This document shows, in pieces, positions 19,612-30,252 of a DNA stretch of 47,491 bases. The stretch spans positions 1-47,491 of the forward strand of contig CANRSQ010000004.1 in assembly GCA_947642475.1 (NCBI GenBank). The letters run 5' to 3'. Numbering within the stretch: position 1 is the stretch's first letter; each line of letters begins with the position of its first letter. Source of the stretch: an uncultured Mycoplasmatota bacterium (GTDB lineage: Bacteria; Bacillota_I; Bacilli_A; RF39; UBA660). A program made the translations under genes and the position numbers. The notes beneath the pieces were generated by a model that searched no databases, was not told where the DNA came from, and saw only the letters and a list, made by a program, of their open reading frames with translations.

Positions 19612-20487
19612 CTAAATCCAAATTAAAATAATTGCAATAACATAAATAAGCACAGTAGCCATTAAAGACTTACTATTTACCAAAACCTCAACAGGATCAC
19701 CGTCTGAATCTTTTTCAACCGATAAACTATATTGAAATAAAATAATCATTAAAAGAGGCACTGTCCAAATCAATAATTGATTACCTAACTTCCCTACTAT
19801 CACAGGATCAACAGTCCACATTGAATAAAAAACAATAGTCAAAGTTAAACAAACATACATGCTTTTATCTAGAAAATCCTTATTGTAATATTTTAAAACC
19901 TTACGAGTTTTTTCTTTGTTACGAATAAATTCATTTCTGCGTTTACCAAACCCCATATAAAAGGCCCCAGACATGACAGTTAAATATAGCCAGTTAGAAA
20001 CTTCTGCATCAACCAAAATGCCGCCAAAGAATAAACGAATTAAGAATCCAGAAACCAATATGACTACATCAAGTAAAACTACATTCTTAAGCCCTTTACT
20101 ATATAAAATATTAATAATCACATAAAGTAAAGGCAATAATAAAGCATATAAATTACCATTAAGAAAAATAAGTACCCCAATTAATAACAAACAGCAAAAC
20201 ACTAAAGAAAAAATTACAGCATAAGCACTTTTAATAGAAATAGCACCAGAAGCTAAAGGCCTATTCTTTTTTGTTTCATGTAAACGGTCTTTTTCAATAT
20301 CAGACATATCATTAATAACATAAATAATTGAAGACACTAAGCAAAAGAAAATAAACCCCGCTATACAAATTAAAGTTTTATCTATATCTTTATAAAGTCC
20401 ACTAAAAAATAAAGGTAAAAATATCAACAAATTTTTAACATAATGTTTTACCCTAATCAATTTTAAATATTCTTTAATTTTACTCAT
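19612..20487 (-). CDS. Polyprenyl-phosphate phosphoribosyltransferase (UbiA family, Rv3806c/DPPR synthase type)
   Basis: RVKHYVKN, YVINDMSDIEKDRLH..KKNRPLASG, GFLIR, GKRRNE, DP motifs typical of the DPPR-synthase subfamily. Confidence 0.85.
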   Translation of the reverse strand: MSKIKEYLKLIRVKHYVKNLLIFLPLFFSGLYKDIDKTLICIAGFIFFCLVSSIIYVINDMSDIEKDRLHETKKNRPLASGAISIKSAYAVIFSLVFCCLLLIGVLIFLNGNLYALLLPLLYVIINILYSKGLKNVVLLDVVILVSGFLIRLFFGGILVDAEVSNWLYLTVMSGAFYMGFGKRRNEFIRNKEKTRKVLKYYNKDFLDKSMYVCLTLTIVFYSMWTVDPVIVGKLGNQLLIWTVPLLMIILFQYSLSVEKDSDGDPVEVLVNSKSLMATVLIYVIAIILIWI

Positions 20488-20506
20488 AAAATCACCTTAC
20501 TATCAT

Positions 20507-21388
20507 TTACTCATATATTATACAATGATTTGTAATATAATTCAATATACTCTGGCCAGTGTTTCTGTCGTAATGAAGACCGTCTCTACTTTTAAATTCT
20601 AATTCATGATAAGAATCACACATTTTAAAATTAGACAAATCTAATTTTTTAACATCATTAAACATAGTCCCATTAAATTTTTCAATAAATTCACTAGTTG
20701 CCTTTAAAGATGGAAAATATTTTCTTACCACATTATCATTAATCGGATTAACCGACAAGAAATAGAAAGTTACTTCCGGATATTCATTAGCCAATTCCTT
20801 ATAATGTTCAAAATAATTATTTACCATTTCAGGAACATTAGTATTAGTATAAAAATCATTAACGCCCAAATTAAAGACAACATGACATTTATTGTCTTTA
20901 CAATCGTTTAAATATGTTTTTAAACGTTTTAAAGCATTGGTTTCAAGCCATTCAATTTCTGCCCCACTTTTAGCAATAAATGCAAAATTTGAAGGAATAT
21001 CGAATTTACCATGTTTTCCGTCAATAATAAACTCCATTCTAGAATCGCCAACAATAATAACTTTGTTCACGCCATACCTTTTAATTTCTTTTTCTTCCTT
21101 TAAATCCTTTTTTGTGCTATTCAAAGTGGTCCTACAAGTACAGCCCTCATAACCTTTAGAAATAAAAGTATTAAATATTATTATTAACAAAAATATCAAA
21201 AACATAAACATTACAATAGATAAAAATATTTTTTGAAAAACAAAATTTTCTTTTTTATTAAATTTACTATTCATAAGTATAATAGTGCACAATAAACAAA
21301 TAAATATTACGACATAACAAAAAATATCCAAATATTTTGAATGTTCAACAAAAAAAAGTATGTTATCATCGCATATCATTGATATCAT
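20507..21388 (-). CDS. Membrane-anchored SGNH/GDSL hydrolase-family protein
   Basis: Two N-terminal TM; GDSR block I, NLGVND block III, DGLHY block V. Confidence 0.8.
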   Translation of the reverse strand: MISMICDDNILFFVEHSKYLDIFCYVVIFICLLCTIILMNSKFNKKENFVFQKIFLSIVMFMFLIFLLIIIFNTFISKGYEGCTCRTTLNSTKKDLKEEKEIKRYGVNKVIIVGDSRMEFIIDGKHGKFDIPSNFAFIAKSGAEIEWLETNALKRLKTYLNDCKDNKCHVVFNLGVNDFYTNTNVPEMVNNYFEHYKELANEYPEVTFYFLSVNPINDNVVRKYFPSLKATSEFIEKFNGTMFNDVKKLDLSNFKMCDSYHELEFKSRDGLHYDRNTGQSILNYITNHCIIYE

Positions 21389-21565
21389 CAAATCACCACA
21401 AAATATATTACCATATTTAAGACAAAATTTCAAAAAAAACATTTATTTAATAACAAATACAAAGAAAATAAAATAAACCTATTTAAAAAAAAACAAAAAT
21501 ATATTATAATTGTTATAGAGTTGAGTACACAATGTAAAGTACTAAAATTCAGGGGGAGTATACTT

Positions 21566-22678
21566 ATGAAAAAAGAAAGACAATCTAATTATGAACTAAT
21601 GCGTATAATATCTATGTTTTTTATAGTGATTTATCACATCATTTATCACGGAAAACTTTTAGATAATACTAATGGTACTATCCATTTAATGTTACTTTTA
21701 ATATTATGTATAAGCTTAGTGCATGTCAATTCATTTATTTTAGTAAGCGGGTATTTTCAATATAATAAGAAATTTTCAATAAAAAGTTTCTTTCAAACCT
21801 TAAATTCTGCATGGTTTTATAAAATAGTCATTGCCACAATTTTGTTAGTAACAGGAATTTATGGTTTAACAAAAATGCAGTATATAAACGCCTTCAATCC
21901 AATATATTTAGCTGGTTACTGGTTTGTAGCATGTTATTTGATTTTATATATTCTAAGCCCATTTTTAAATATATTAATCCAACATATGAATCAAAAAATA
22001 CATAGAAGATTAATTATTATTTCAATCCTATGTTTTACAATTTTTCCATTCATATCTGAACATTATTTAGGTCCAAATGACGGATTTACAGTAATACAAT
22101 TTATAATTCTTTATTTTATAGGAGCATATTTCGCCAAATACCCTATCCAAAATAATATTCATTTTAAAAATTATTCCAAAAATAAACTTCAGTCATTATT
22201 ATTTATAGGATTCTTTGGTTTTGCGTTTATAAACTTTATTTTCTATTGTTTCGGAACTACATTAGAAAGTTTCCAAACAACAATTGGGACTTATATCGGA
22301 AACCAAATAACATTCAACGCATTACATTATAATTGCTTATTTGTTCTAGCTCAATCAATATGTTATTTCTTGTGGTTTGGAACTCTAAATATAAAAAGCA
22401 AAATAATTAACTTTATTAGTCCATTAGTATTTGGAGTATATTTAATTCACGATAATCCATATATACAAGTAATGTTATATAAATGGTTAAAAATAGACAC
22501 AGGTATTCTTGTTACCAGCCCTATTATTTTTGTAAAAATATTTGTTATAGCAATATCAATATTTATCATATGTGCATTTATAGAATTTATCAGACAAAAA
22601 ATATTTGGTTTTATCAAAAAAAGAAAAACCTACAAAAAAATAACAGACAAATTCTATAATTATATTCAAAACTACTAA
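21566..22678 (+). CDS. Acyltransferase-3 family O-acyltransferase
   Basis: RQSNYELMRIISMFFIVIYH, VNSFILVSGYF, YWF, FGVYLIH; ~10 TM. Confidence 0.9.
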   Translation: MKKERQSNYELMRIISMFFIVIYHIIYHGKLLDNTNGTIHLMLLLILCISLVHVNSFILVSGYFQYNKKFSIKSFFQTLNSAWFYKIVIATILLVTGIYGLTKMQYINAFNPIYLAGYWFVACYLILYILSPFLNILIQHMNQKIHRRLIIISILCFTIFPFISEHYLGPNDGFTVIQFIILYFIGAYFAKYPIQNNIHFKNYSKNKLQSLLFIGFFGFAFINFIFYCFGTTLESFQTTIGTYIGNQITFNALHYNCLFVLAQSICYFLWFGTLNIKSKIINFISPLVFGVYLIHDNPYIQVMLYKWLKIDTGILVTSPIIFVKIFVIAISIFIICAFIEFIRQKIFGFIKKRKTYKKITDKFYNYIQNY

Positions 22679-22706
22679 AAAAATGAAACGATATGTTTCA
22701 TTTTTT
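22678..22706. terminator. Bidirectional terminator
   Basis: AAAAAATGAAAC-gatat-GTTTCATTTTTT. Confidence 0.7.
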
Positions 22707-22722
22707 ATAATTTCTTAAGACA

Positions 22723-25266
22723 TTAATCAAAAATATCATAGCCCAAATCCAAGTCAACATTACCACTTATTCCATTAACATTTCCTTTAGACGTAAATTG
22801 CCAATATTGATAAGGAGTTGTTCTATAAAAATCATAACTAGGTGAAGCTACGAAATTTTTAGCTTGTTCGAAGCTCATACCATTTACATAAGGATATTGA
22901 GCAAGCCAAATAGCATAATTTTTGCTTATTTCAGGAGCATCTAAATGCGTAGTCAACCACTCTTTATTGGCATATACTCCACAAGGATACTTATTATCCT
23001 CAATTTTTTTGCAGAAAGTATTTGCCATAGCAGTCAACGTAACTTGTCCTTTATTAGGATCAATGCCAATACTTTCCATATCAATAAATACCTGCGTTCC
23101 TAAATTAGGCTTATACCCAGACAGTCCAATACTATTTAACAAATTTAAAGCTAAACTAGCTTCGCTTTCAGCACTTTTTTTGTCTCCAGTAATAAAATCA
23201 GCATATGAGAAAATATAAAGTGCGTAAGGAATATTATATTTTTCGCAATTAGCAACATATTCGCGGAACTTAGCATCCTCTTTTTGTCCACTATCAGTTT
23301 CATAGCCAGCTCTTATAATCACAAAATCAATACCTGTGTTAGCAACCTTTTCCCAATCAATTGTTTTTTGATGATAAGAAATATCAACACCCTTATATAC
23401 TTTTTTATCAGTATTTTTAACTAATTTCCATTTTTGAGCATCATTCCCATTACCCTGATACAACTGAATATTTGTACCATTATTTTTATAGGCTCCATAA
23501 ACATCCAAATATAAACCGTTTTGTTTTGAAATTATAGATACATAACCATTACCTACATCTTTTAATAACCATTGCTGACTATTAGAACCATTATTCTTAT
23601 AAATTTGAATATTTGTTCCATCTTGCATTCCTGCACCAGCAACATCCAAAGATACAGCAGGGTTCATGGCTGTTGTAATTGAATAATATCCGTTATCCAA
23701 ATATTTTAAATACCATATTTGAGCATTATTTCCATTATTTTGGTATAATTGTACATTAGTACCATTAGCTTTGACAGCGCCTGCAACATCTAAAGATTTA
23801 GACAAGTCTAAAGCGCTATAAATATTGTAATAACCATCCTCATAAGTACGTTGTAACGGATTTATTTCTGTTTTATTAAATATAAACCTTTGAGCATTAT
23901 TCCCATTACCTTGATATAATTGAATATTTGTTCCATCAGCACTATAAGCACCATAAACATCCAAATATAAACCACTATTATTATCAATTAACTGATACGT
24001 TCCATCAGAGGCATACTTAATTTTCCATTTTTGTGAGGCAAGATTAAGCCAATTATATAATTGAACATTCGCCCCATTGTATTTGCCACCACCAGAAACA
24101 TCTAAAGCTTTTGAATTATCCAGCGCCGAAGTAATACTGTATACCCCATTAATTAAATGTTTTACATACCATTTTCTCGAATTTAAATCATCCAAATTTT
24201 TAAGTTGAACATTTAAAGCGTTGTATGCCACTTCTGAACCAACGCCAATTCCTTTATTTTTATCAAGCAATGAACCTATAGTATAAAGTCCATCTTCAAG
24301 CTTTTTAGCATCAACCTTAGTAAAAATAAAATCTTGGGCTTTATGTCCATTACCATGATAAATTTGAATATTAGTGCCATTCCAAGTTACAGCACCTGTA
24401 ACATCTAAATACATATTATCAAGTTCAGAAACAATGTTATAAGTTCCATTCTTAGACTCTTTAATAATCCAGCGTTGTGCCTTGCTACCATTATTTTGAA
24501 ATAGCTGAATATTAGTTCCATTAACTGAACTAAGGCCTGTAACATCTAAAGATAAATTTTCATCTAAAAATGTTGTAATTGAATAATAACCATCATTTAA
24601 ATATTTAACATTCCAAATTTGAGCCCAACCATCATTTTTAAAATATAATTGTACATTAGAATTGTTTTTAGCCACCGCACCTGTAACATCTAATTTCATG
24701 TTAGGATCTAAAGAACTACCAATTATGTAAGTTCCATCTTCAATAGTTTGTTTTGGTTCAACAACCTCAATAAATTTCCATTTTTGGGCATTATGACCGT
24801 TGTTTTGGAACATTTGAACCTCAGTACCATCCGCACTAACCGCGCCTGTAACATCAACATTTAAATTGTTGCATTTGGAAATTATATTATAATATCCATT
24901 ACCAACATATTTAATATACCATTTTTGAGCATCATTCCCATTTCTAGCATAAAATTGAATTGGTGTTCTATTCGTTTTATAAGCACCATAAACATCCATC
25001 ATTTGATTGCAATTATTAACATTAGTTATTTCATAATAATTGCCACCAATATGTTTTACATTCCATTTTTGGCTATCAGAACCATTATCACTGTAAATTC
25101 CGATACGTGTATTATTTTTAATATCACCTTTTGCCGTTAAAAGTTTATTTGCCAAAGCACTTTGTATTTTATACGTACCATCCGCAATCTCCTGCGCATT
25201 TACATCTGCTTTTCCAAAAACAAAAAGCGCTACAAATAAAATAATATATATATACTTTTTCATCAT
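22723..25266 (-). CDS. Secreted GH25 muramidase with four tandem ricin-B lectin domains
   Basis: Signal peptide; about 12 QxW/F-type subrepeats (LDVxGA..NGTNIQLY..NG..AQKW); GH25 motifs GVDISYHQ, FVIIRAG, IDME, WQFTS, VDLD. Confidence 0.92.
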   Translation of the reverse strand: MMKKYIYIILFVALFVFGKADVNAQEIADGTYKIQSALANKLLTAKGDIKNNTRIGIYSDNGSDSQKWNVKHIGGNYYEITNVNNCNQMMDVYGAYKTNRTPIQFYARNGNDAQKWYIKYVGNGYYNIISKCNNLNVDVTGAVSADGTEVQMFQNNGHNAQKWKFIEVVEPKQTIEDGTYIIGSSLDPNMKLDVTGAVAKNNSNVQLYFKNDGWAQIWNVKYLNDGYYSITTFLDENLSLDVTGLSSVNGTNIQLFQNNGSKAQRWIIKESKNGTYNIVSELDNMYLDVTGAVTWNGTNIQIYHGNGHKAQDFIFTKVDAKKLEDGLYTIGSLLDKNKGIGVGSEVAYNALNVQLKNLDDLNSRKWYVKHLINGVYSITSALDNSKALDVSGGGKYNGANVQLYNWLNLASQKWKIKYASDGTYQLIDNNSGLYLDVYGAYSADGTNIQLYQGNGNNAQRFIFNKTEINPLQRTYEDGYYNIYSALDLSKSLDVAGAVKANGTNVQLYQNNGNNAQIWYLKYLDNGYYSITTAMNPAVSLDVAGAGMQDGTNIQIYKNNGSNSQQWLLKDVGNGYVSIISKQNGLYLDVYGAYKNNGTNIQLYQGNGNDAQKWKLVKNTDKKVYKGVDISYHQKTIDWEKVANTGIDFVIIRAGYETDSGQKEDAKFREYVANCEKYNIPYALYIFSYADFITGDKKSAESEASLALNLLNSIGLSGYKPNLGTQVFIDMESIGIDPNKGQVTLTAMANTFCKKIEDNKYPCGVYANKEWLTTHLDAPEISKNYAIWLAQYPYVNGMSFEQAKNFVASPSYDFYRTTPYQYWQFTSKGNVNGISGNVDLDLGYDIFD

Positions 25267-25369
25267 ACCACTCCTAGCTTTATACATTATATCAAATAAC
25301 AACAAAATATGCTAGACCTGTTATAAAATAAAAACACAAAAACCACCATTAAATTGGTGGTTCAATACA

Positions 25370-27139
25370 TCAATTTTTATTACTAGATTTTTTAGTAAAG
25401 ATAAAAGGTAAAAACACGATAAGTGGTAAGCAAGTAAATAAACCGTAAACATATCTATATTCAGCAAACACTGGAGAAGCAATTAGCATTGTAATCCATA
25501 AACCTACAAAACTAGCAAACCATACAAAAATCATTTTCTTATCAATTTTTCTCACAACACAAGTCATTATAGAGAAAAATAATGTCATAAATCCTAAACC
25601 AATCCCCCAAATAATTGGTGCAAACAAAAGATCCAATGAAGTAGTTTTATCAACCACCTTCGTCATAACAGCTGGCAATAAATTTTTATTTTTAACGCCA
25701 TAACTATCTTGATTATCAATAGTACTAGTGGTCCAATATTTTACACTAGGATACCAATAACCTAAAGTTTGTGATAAATAAGCTTCAATATAAGTATCTG
25801 GATGAGCAATAAATAGTCTAAACCAAGTACTGTAAAAATCATTTTTAGTTCTCTCTAATTTACCCTTATCCAAACTATTTTTCGTCGGATCAACAATATG
25901 TGCCTTATAAGCCTCTTCAACATCATTAAAATCAAATAAACTTTTCAAATATTTTTCGGATTTTGAATCAATAGAAGCTCCAGAAGCCACAACTCTACCA
26001 ACTTGTTGAATAGGTATCGCAAGTGATTCAACACTAAGTCCCCTACCAACCTTCAAATAATCATAAATCGGGCCAGTAACCACAAAATAAGTAATTACAA
26101 CGCACGCCAAACTAATGCCAATAGTTTTTATTTGTTTCCTAAATCCATATAAGAAAAAAGGAATGCAGAACAATAAAACGTATATACCATTATTTCTAAA
26201 AAACACAATCAATAAACAAGATAAGATAAACAAACATAAATTACCATTTTTTATTTTTTCTTGCACTGACATCTCAACTACAGAAATCAAAAGCAAAACA
26301 AAAGCTCCGCCAAACAAAACATCTTTCCATACCGTTACAGCATAAGTTGTAAACTGCGGTAATAATGCATATACAAGTAAAACACCAACAACTACGAAAG
26401 AATGAAATTTATGTTTATATAAAAACCTTACCACATAAGCAAATAGAGCTGATAAAATAAGCATTTGAATAAAAACATAAAAACCCATAGCTAAAGTCGA
26501 ATTATGAAATAAAAGTTTTCCCAAATTATATATTCCACCTTCAAACCAAGTTTGAACAAAAGGATGGTTATTCATAAAAATTAAATCCTCAATATAATAT
26601 AATTGGAACCTAGAATCCAAAGACATAATCCCTGGAAAATAACGTAAAAAATATGGAAGCCAAGCAATTAATATAACGGCCCAACTAATAAAAAATACCT
26701 TATTACATTTTTGTCTTTCATTTTTAACAATTAAATTTACCTTTTTTACATTAGCAAAAAACAAAGTATTTAAATATAAAAATAAAATAAATATTCCAAT
26801 AAATAAAAATATAAAATACAAAATAGTTTTATAATCAAATATATTAACCGCACCTTCAGAGATATGAGAATTTATAATACTGCCCAAAGAAAATGAAAGT
26901 GCACATACTATCGCAGTAAATATAACAACTTTTTTATTTGATTTATCTTTAGTTAAATCAACCTTTATAAATAAAATAATTAACACCACTAATATCAATA
27001 ATAAAAGCGCATTATAGTTACCCCTCAAATCTAAAATTGATAAAACGCTCCAATATGACCAAATAGCTAACAATACCTTAAGGAAATTAATTTTATATTT
27101 AGAAAACGCTTTTCGTAATTCTCCGAAAAAATCTGACAC
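25370..27139 (-). CDS. DUF6020-like polytopic membrane protein (probable GT-C)
   Basis: PGIMSLDS, NNHPFVQT, WKDVLF, RNNG, PIQQ, EYRY motifs; start likely GTG 27139. Confidence 0.7.
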   Translation of the reverse strand: MSDFFGELRKAFSKYKINFLKVLLAIWSYWSVLSILDLRGNYNALLLLILVVLIILFIKVDLTKDKSNKKVVIFTAIVCALSFSLGSIINSHISEGAVNIFDYKTILYFIFLFIGIFILFLYLNTLFFANVKKVNLIVKNERQKCNKVFFISWAVILIAWLPYFLRYFPGIMSLDSRFQLYYIEDLIFMNNHPFVQTWFEGGIYNLGKLLFHNSTLAMGFYVFIQMLILSALFAYVVRFLYKHKFHSFVVVGVLLVYALLPQFTTYAVTVWKDVLFGGAFVLLLISVVEMSVQEKIKNGNLCLFILSCLLIVFFRNNGIYVLLFCIPFFLYGFRKQIKTIGISLACVVITYFVVTGPIYDYLKVGRGLSVESLAIPIQQVGRVVASGASIDSKSEKYLKSLFDFNDVEEAYKAHIVDPTKNSLDKGKLERTKNDFYSTWFRLFIAHPDTYIEAYLSQTLGYWYPSVKYWTTSTIDNQDSYGVKNKNLLPAVMTKVVDKTTSLDLLFAPIIWGIGLGFMTLFFSIMTCVVRKIDKKMIFVWFASFVGLWITMLIASPVFAEYRYVYGLFTCLPLIVFLPFIFTKKSSNKN

Positions 27140-27143
27140 GCAA

Positions 27144-27554
27144 TCACCCCTCACCCTTCTGTACAAAAATAATAGTTTTCTGAATAAAGTAGTTAATAAT
27201 AAATAGTATAATATCAACTACAAATTTAATAACAACTGCAAATGTATCAATTAAATATTTATTGATAAAATATACCAAAATACTAGAAACTAGCATCTGA
27301 ATAATAACTAAAATATAATATTTTAAAAGCATAACCTTACTATATTGTTTAAATACATACTTAGAATTAATCGCAAAATTATATAACGAAGACAAAATCC
27401 TCGCTACAATAGTAGCAACAATAATAGACTCATACCCCATGACCATTCCAAATAAATAATTAAATAAAGTAAATAGCCCTAAATCTAAAACAAAAGAAGA
27501 ACCAGCAGAAAAAACATATTTAATAAAAGTTTTATTTTTTCTTAGAAAGTTCAT
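27144..27554 (-). CDS. GtrA-family flippase-like protein
   Basis: 4-TM, 136 aa; SSFVLD, ARILSSLYNF..N..YVF, NYFIQK. Confidence 0.9.
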   Translation of the reverse strand: MNFLRKNKTFIKYVFSAGSSFVLDLGLFTLFNYLFGMVMGYESIIVATIVARILSSLYNFAINSKYVFKQYSKVMLLKYYILVIIQMLVSSILVYFINKYLIDTFAVVIKFVVDIILFIINYFIQKTIIFVQKGEG

Positions 27555-27879
27555 TTTTTATAATTCCTATTTCTTGTGCTAAAGCAATGTTCTTCTTTTT
27601 CTCCATATTATATATTCTGTATAAATCAAAAGATAAAATTAGTAAACACATTACCCCTGCAAATAACACTAAATTAGATATCGTTTTTATTCCAACTATA
27701 GAAGCAAAATCTACAAGTACCTTTGGAAATAAAATGAAAACAATCATCAAAATACCAAATAAAAACCATAAAACAGAACTTTTAATAGGCATTTTTTCTT
27801 TTCTAACAGCTCTTAAAACAATTATGAAATATAAAATAGTAACAACTGTTAAAAAAATTTGTAATTTAATCGATAACAT
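27532..27879 (-). CDS. DUF2304 protein (GacJ-like activator)
   Basis: 3 TM, FP...A..VGI...SN, C-terminal LAQEIGI; follows a DPM-synthase-like GT2. Confidence 0.85.
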   Translation of the reverse strand: MLSIKLQIFLTVVTILYFIIVLRAVRKEKMPIKSSVLWFLFGILMIVFILFPKVLVDFASIVGIKTISNLVLFAGVMCLLILSFDLYRIYNMEKKKNIALAQEIGIIKNELSKKK

Positions 27880-28604
27880 TACTTTCTACCCCCAAACTTC
27901 TTATAATTTAATATAACAATAGAAAGGCAAACATTAAACATATAATAAATAGATTTTAAATAGCTAATAGAAGATTGGCCCCCTACGCGTTCATACATAT
28001 TAACGCCGACTTCCTTTATCTTAAAATTATTTTTTAATAATGCATAATTAGTAATCGGTTCAGGAAAATCAAAAGGATAATTATTAGAAAAAACTTCAAT
28101 TATTTTTTTATTAACAGCTCGATATCCACTAGTTACATCTTTAATTTTTTTACCAGAACATAACTTAATTAAACCAGAAATAACATTAATTCCAAATTGC
28201 CTAGCTTTAGTTGATTTAAAAGAACTAGTATCATCAATGAACCTAGATCCTATTACCATATCAGCGTCACCACTTATAATCGGATCAACTATTTTATCGA
28301 TATAATTAATATCATGCTGCCCATCACCATCGAATTGAACCGCAATATCATATCCATTATAATAAGCGTACCTATAACCCGTTTGAACTGCCGCACCAAT
28401 TCCTAAATTAAATGGTAAATCAATAAAATTAATATCACTTTGTTTTAAAACATCGCGTGTACCATCAGAACTTCCATCATTAATAACTATATAATCAAGT
28501 TTAATTTTTTTATATTCTTTTATATTATTAATCGTTTTTAAAATGTTTTTCTCTTCATTATATGCAGGAATGATTATTAAAATCTTTTTACTCACCGTGA
28601 TCAA
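27879..28604 (-). CDS. GT2 polyprenyl-phosphate sugar synthase (GacI/DPM1-like)
   Basis: IPAYNEE, NDGSSD, NLGIGAAVQTG, QFDGDGQH, GSRF, DVTSGYR, R..GQSS. Confidence 0.9.
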   Translation of the reverse strand: MITVSKKILIIIPAYNEEKNILKTINNIKEYKKIKLDYIVINDGSSDGTRDVLKQSDINFIDLPFNLGIGAAVQTGYRYAYYNGYDIAVQFDGDGQHDINYIDKIVDPIISGDADMVIGSRFIDDTSSFKSTKARQFGINVISGLIKLCSGKKIKDVTSGYRAVNKKIIEVFSNNYPFDFPEPITNYALLKNNFKIKEVGVNMYERVGGQSSISYLKSIYYMFNVCLSIVILNYKKFGGRK

Positions 28605-28690
28605 TCCTCTCTAAAAAAATTATATAACAATTAATATAACAAGTCAAATATTACAAAGAAAAACAAGCCCAAAAAGGCCTATTTTTTAAA

Positions 28691-30244
28691 TTACACAAAT
28701 TGCGTAAAAATAGTTAAAACAGTAGGTATCCACAAAAGTAAAATTAAATCAATAAGTAATTGATCATCAACAAATTTGCGTTTACAATTAACAATAAAAA
28801 TAAGTAAAAAGCAAATAGGAAGCAGATATCTACCTTGAATACCAGTTATAAACAAATTACCAATAGATGCCCATTCAGATGTGTATTGTACATACAAAGC
28901 CGCACCTATTAAAATCATAATCACAAAAATTAAAATACCAATCCAAATTTTTATTTTATTAGTTATTATCATTTTTGTCTTTTCATTAAATAAAGCCATA
29001 AATATAATAACTAAATAAGCAATCGAAAACAATGAATAAACTTTTAATTGTGAATGATAAAGTTGTTCACCAAAAAATAAATTTTCAGCGTAAATAGTAA
29101 TGTTTTCAAAATATGTACGCATAGTAATAAAAACATAATCAATTAAATGTGTTAACATAAAAGTAATTTGCTTGCTAGAAGCATCAGAAGCCGATTCTAA
29201 AGAAGATGAAGCAATACCAAACCATAAAGCGCCAATAATTAAGCCAAAAGCAATGCTTAAACTTTTAAACAATATACTATTTTTATTATTTTTAAAACAT
29301 TCTCTTGGGATTAACAAAACTAGAAAAATTATTGGCAAATAAACAATTTTGCATAAAGATATAAATAAAATCAAAGCACTTAAAACACAAACATTTTTAC
29401 CAGTTATATTTTCTTTTGTATTCATAAATTTTAAAATATAAGCAATAAATAAAAATATTGAAGCATATGTAAATCCATCTGCAGAAAAAGTAGAAGCACC
29501 TATAAGCATTACTGGACTTAACAATACTAGCATAGCAAACAATTTATTTTTAGGTAAAATCTTAAGCCCAAAAGCCGTCATAAAAGCATATGCAATAAGA
29601 TTAAATAATCTACCAAACATAAGCAAAAAGAAAGGCCCTAAATTTAAAATTTTGCCAATTATTATTCCAACCGAATGAGGTAAATATTGTAATGGAGAAT
29701 ACAAAGCAGCGCCCTTATAATCAGTAGCATAGCCCCTACCATAAACTATCTTATCATTTTTTTCTAAAGGAACATTAAGCATAGAATCTATATCACTATA
29801 CTTTATAGATGCATTCCTAAACGCCTTAACATCCTCACTACCCGCATAAGTTTTATACAATGAGCTAGGCAATTTAGAAAGTTTACCTTCACTATCAGCT
29901 TTAGTTACAAAATGGCCATCGGTAATTTCATAAGCACGATAAAAATGACTTTGCTCATCACTGCTAGTAAATGGCGGAGATAATGCTATTAACGCCAAAC
30001 CAATAATTAAAACAAATACAAAATACGGTTTATAATAATTATCAGGTTTTATTTTGCTAAATTTTATCATCACTGCAAAAATAATACTAACAACAAAAAC
30101 AAATACACATGCATATAAAATATAAGTCTTTAAATTGTGATCCCCCATCGATTTAAAATCAAATAGAAAAAGAAAAAAGAATATTAAAGCAAAGAAAGCA
30201 TATATCCAATATCTTAATTTTATTTTTTTAACACGTTCAAGCAC
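28691..30244 (-). CDS. DUF2142 membrane protein (probable GT-C)
   Basis: PPFTSSDEQSHFYRAY, YSPLQYLP, GRLFN, KIVY, GIQGRYLLP. Confidence 0.8.
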   Translation of the reverse strand: MLERVKKIKLRYWIYAFFALIFFFLFLFDFKSMGDHNLKTYILYACVFVFVVSIIFAVMIKFSKIKPDNYYKPYFVFVLIIGLALIALSPPFTSSDEQSHFYRAYEITDGHFVTKADSEGKLSKLPSSLYKTYAGSEDVKAFRNASIKYSDIDSMLNVPLEKNDKIVYGRGYATDYKGAALYSPLQYLPHSVGIIIGKILNLGPFFLLMFGRLFNLIAYAFMTAFGLKILPKNKLFAMLVLLSPVMLIGASTFSADGFTYASIFLFIAYILKFMNTKENITGKNVCVLSALILFISLCKIVYLPIIFLVLLIPRECFKNNKNSILFKSLSIAFGLIIGALWFGIASSSLESASDASSKQITFMLTHLIDYVFITMRTYFENITIYAENLFFGEQLYHSQLKVYSLFSIAYLVIIFMALFNEKTKMIITNKIKIWIGILIFVIMILIGAALYVQYTSEWASIGNLFITGIQGRYLLPICFLLIFIVNCKRKFVDDQLLIDLILLLWIPTVLTIFTQFV

Positions 30245-30252
30245 ACACTCAC

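Noticed and set aside
23400-25150. CRISPR-like or non-coding repeat array
   Set aside because: The repeats are in-frame ricin subdomains; no spacers or cas genes.
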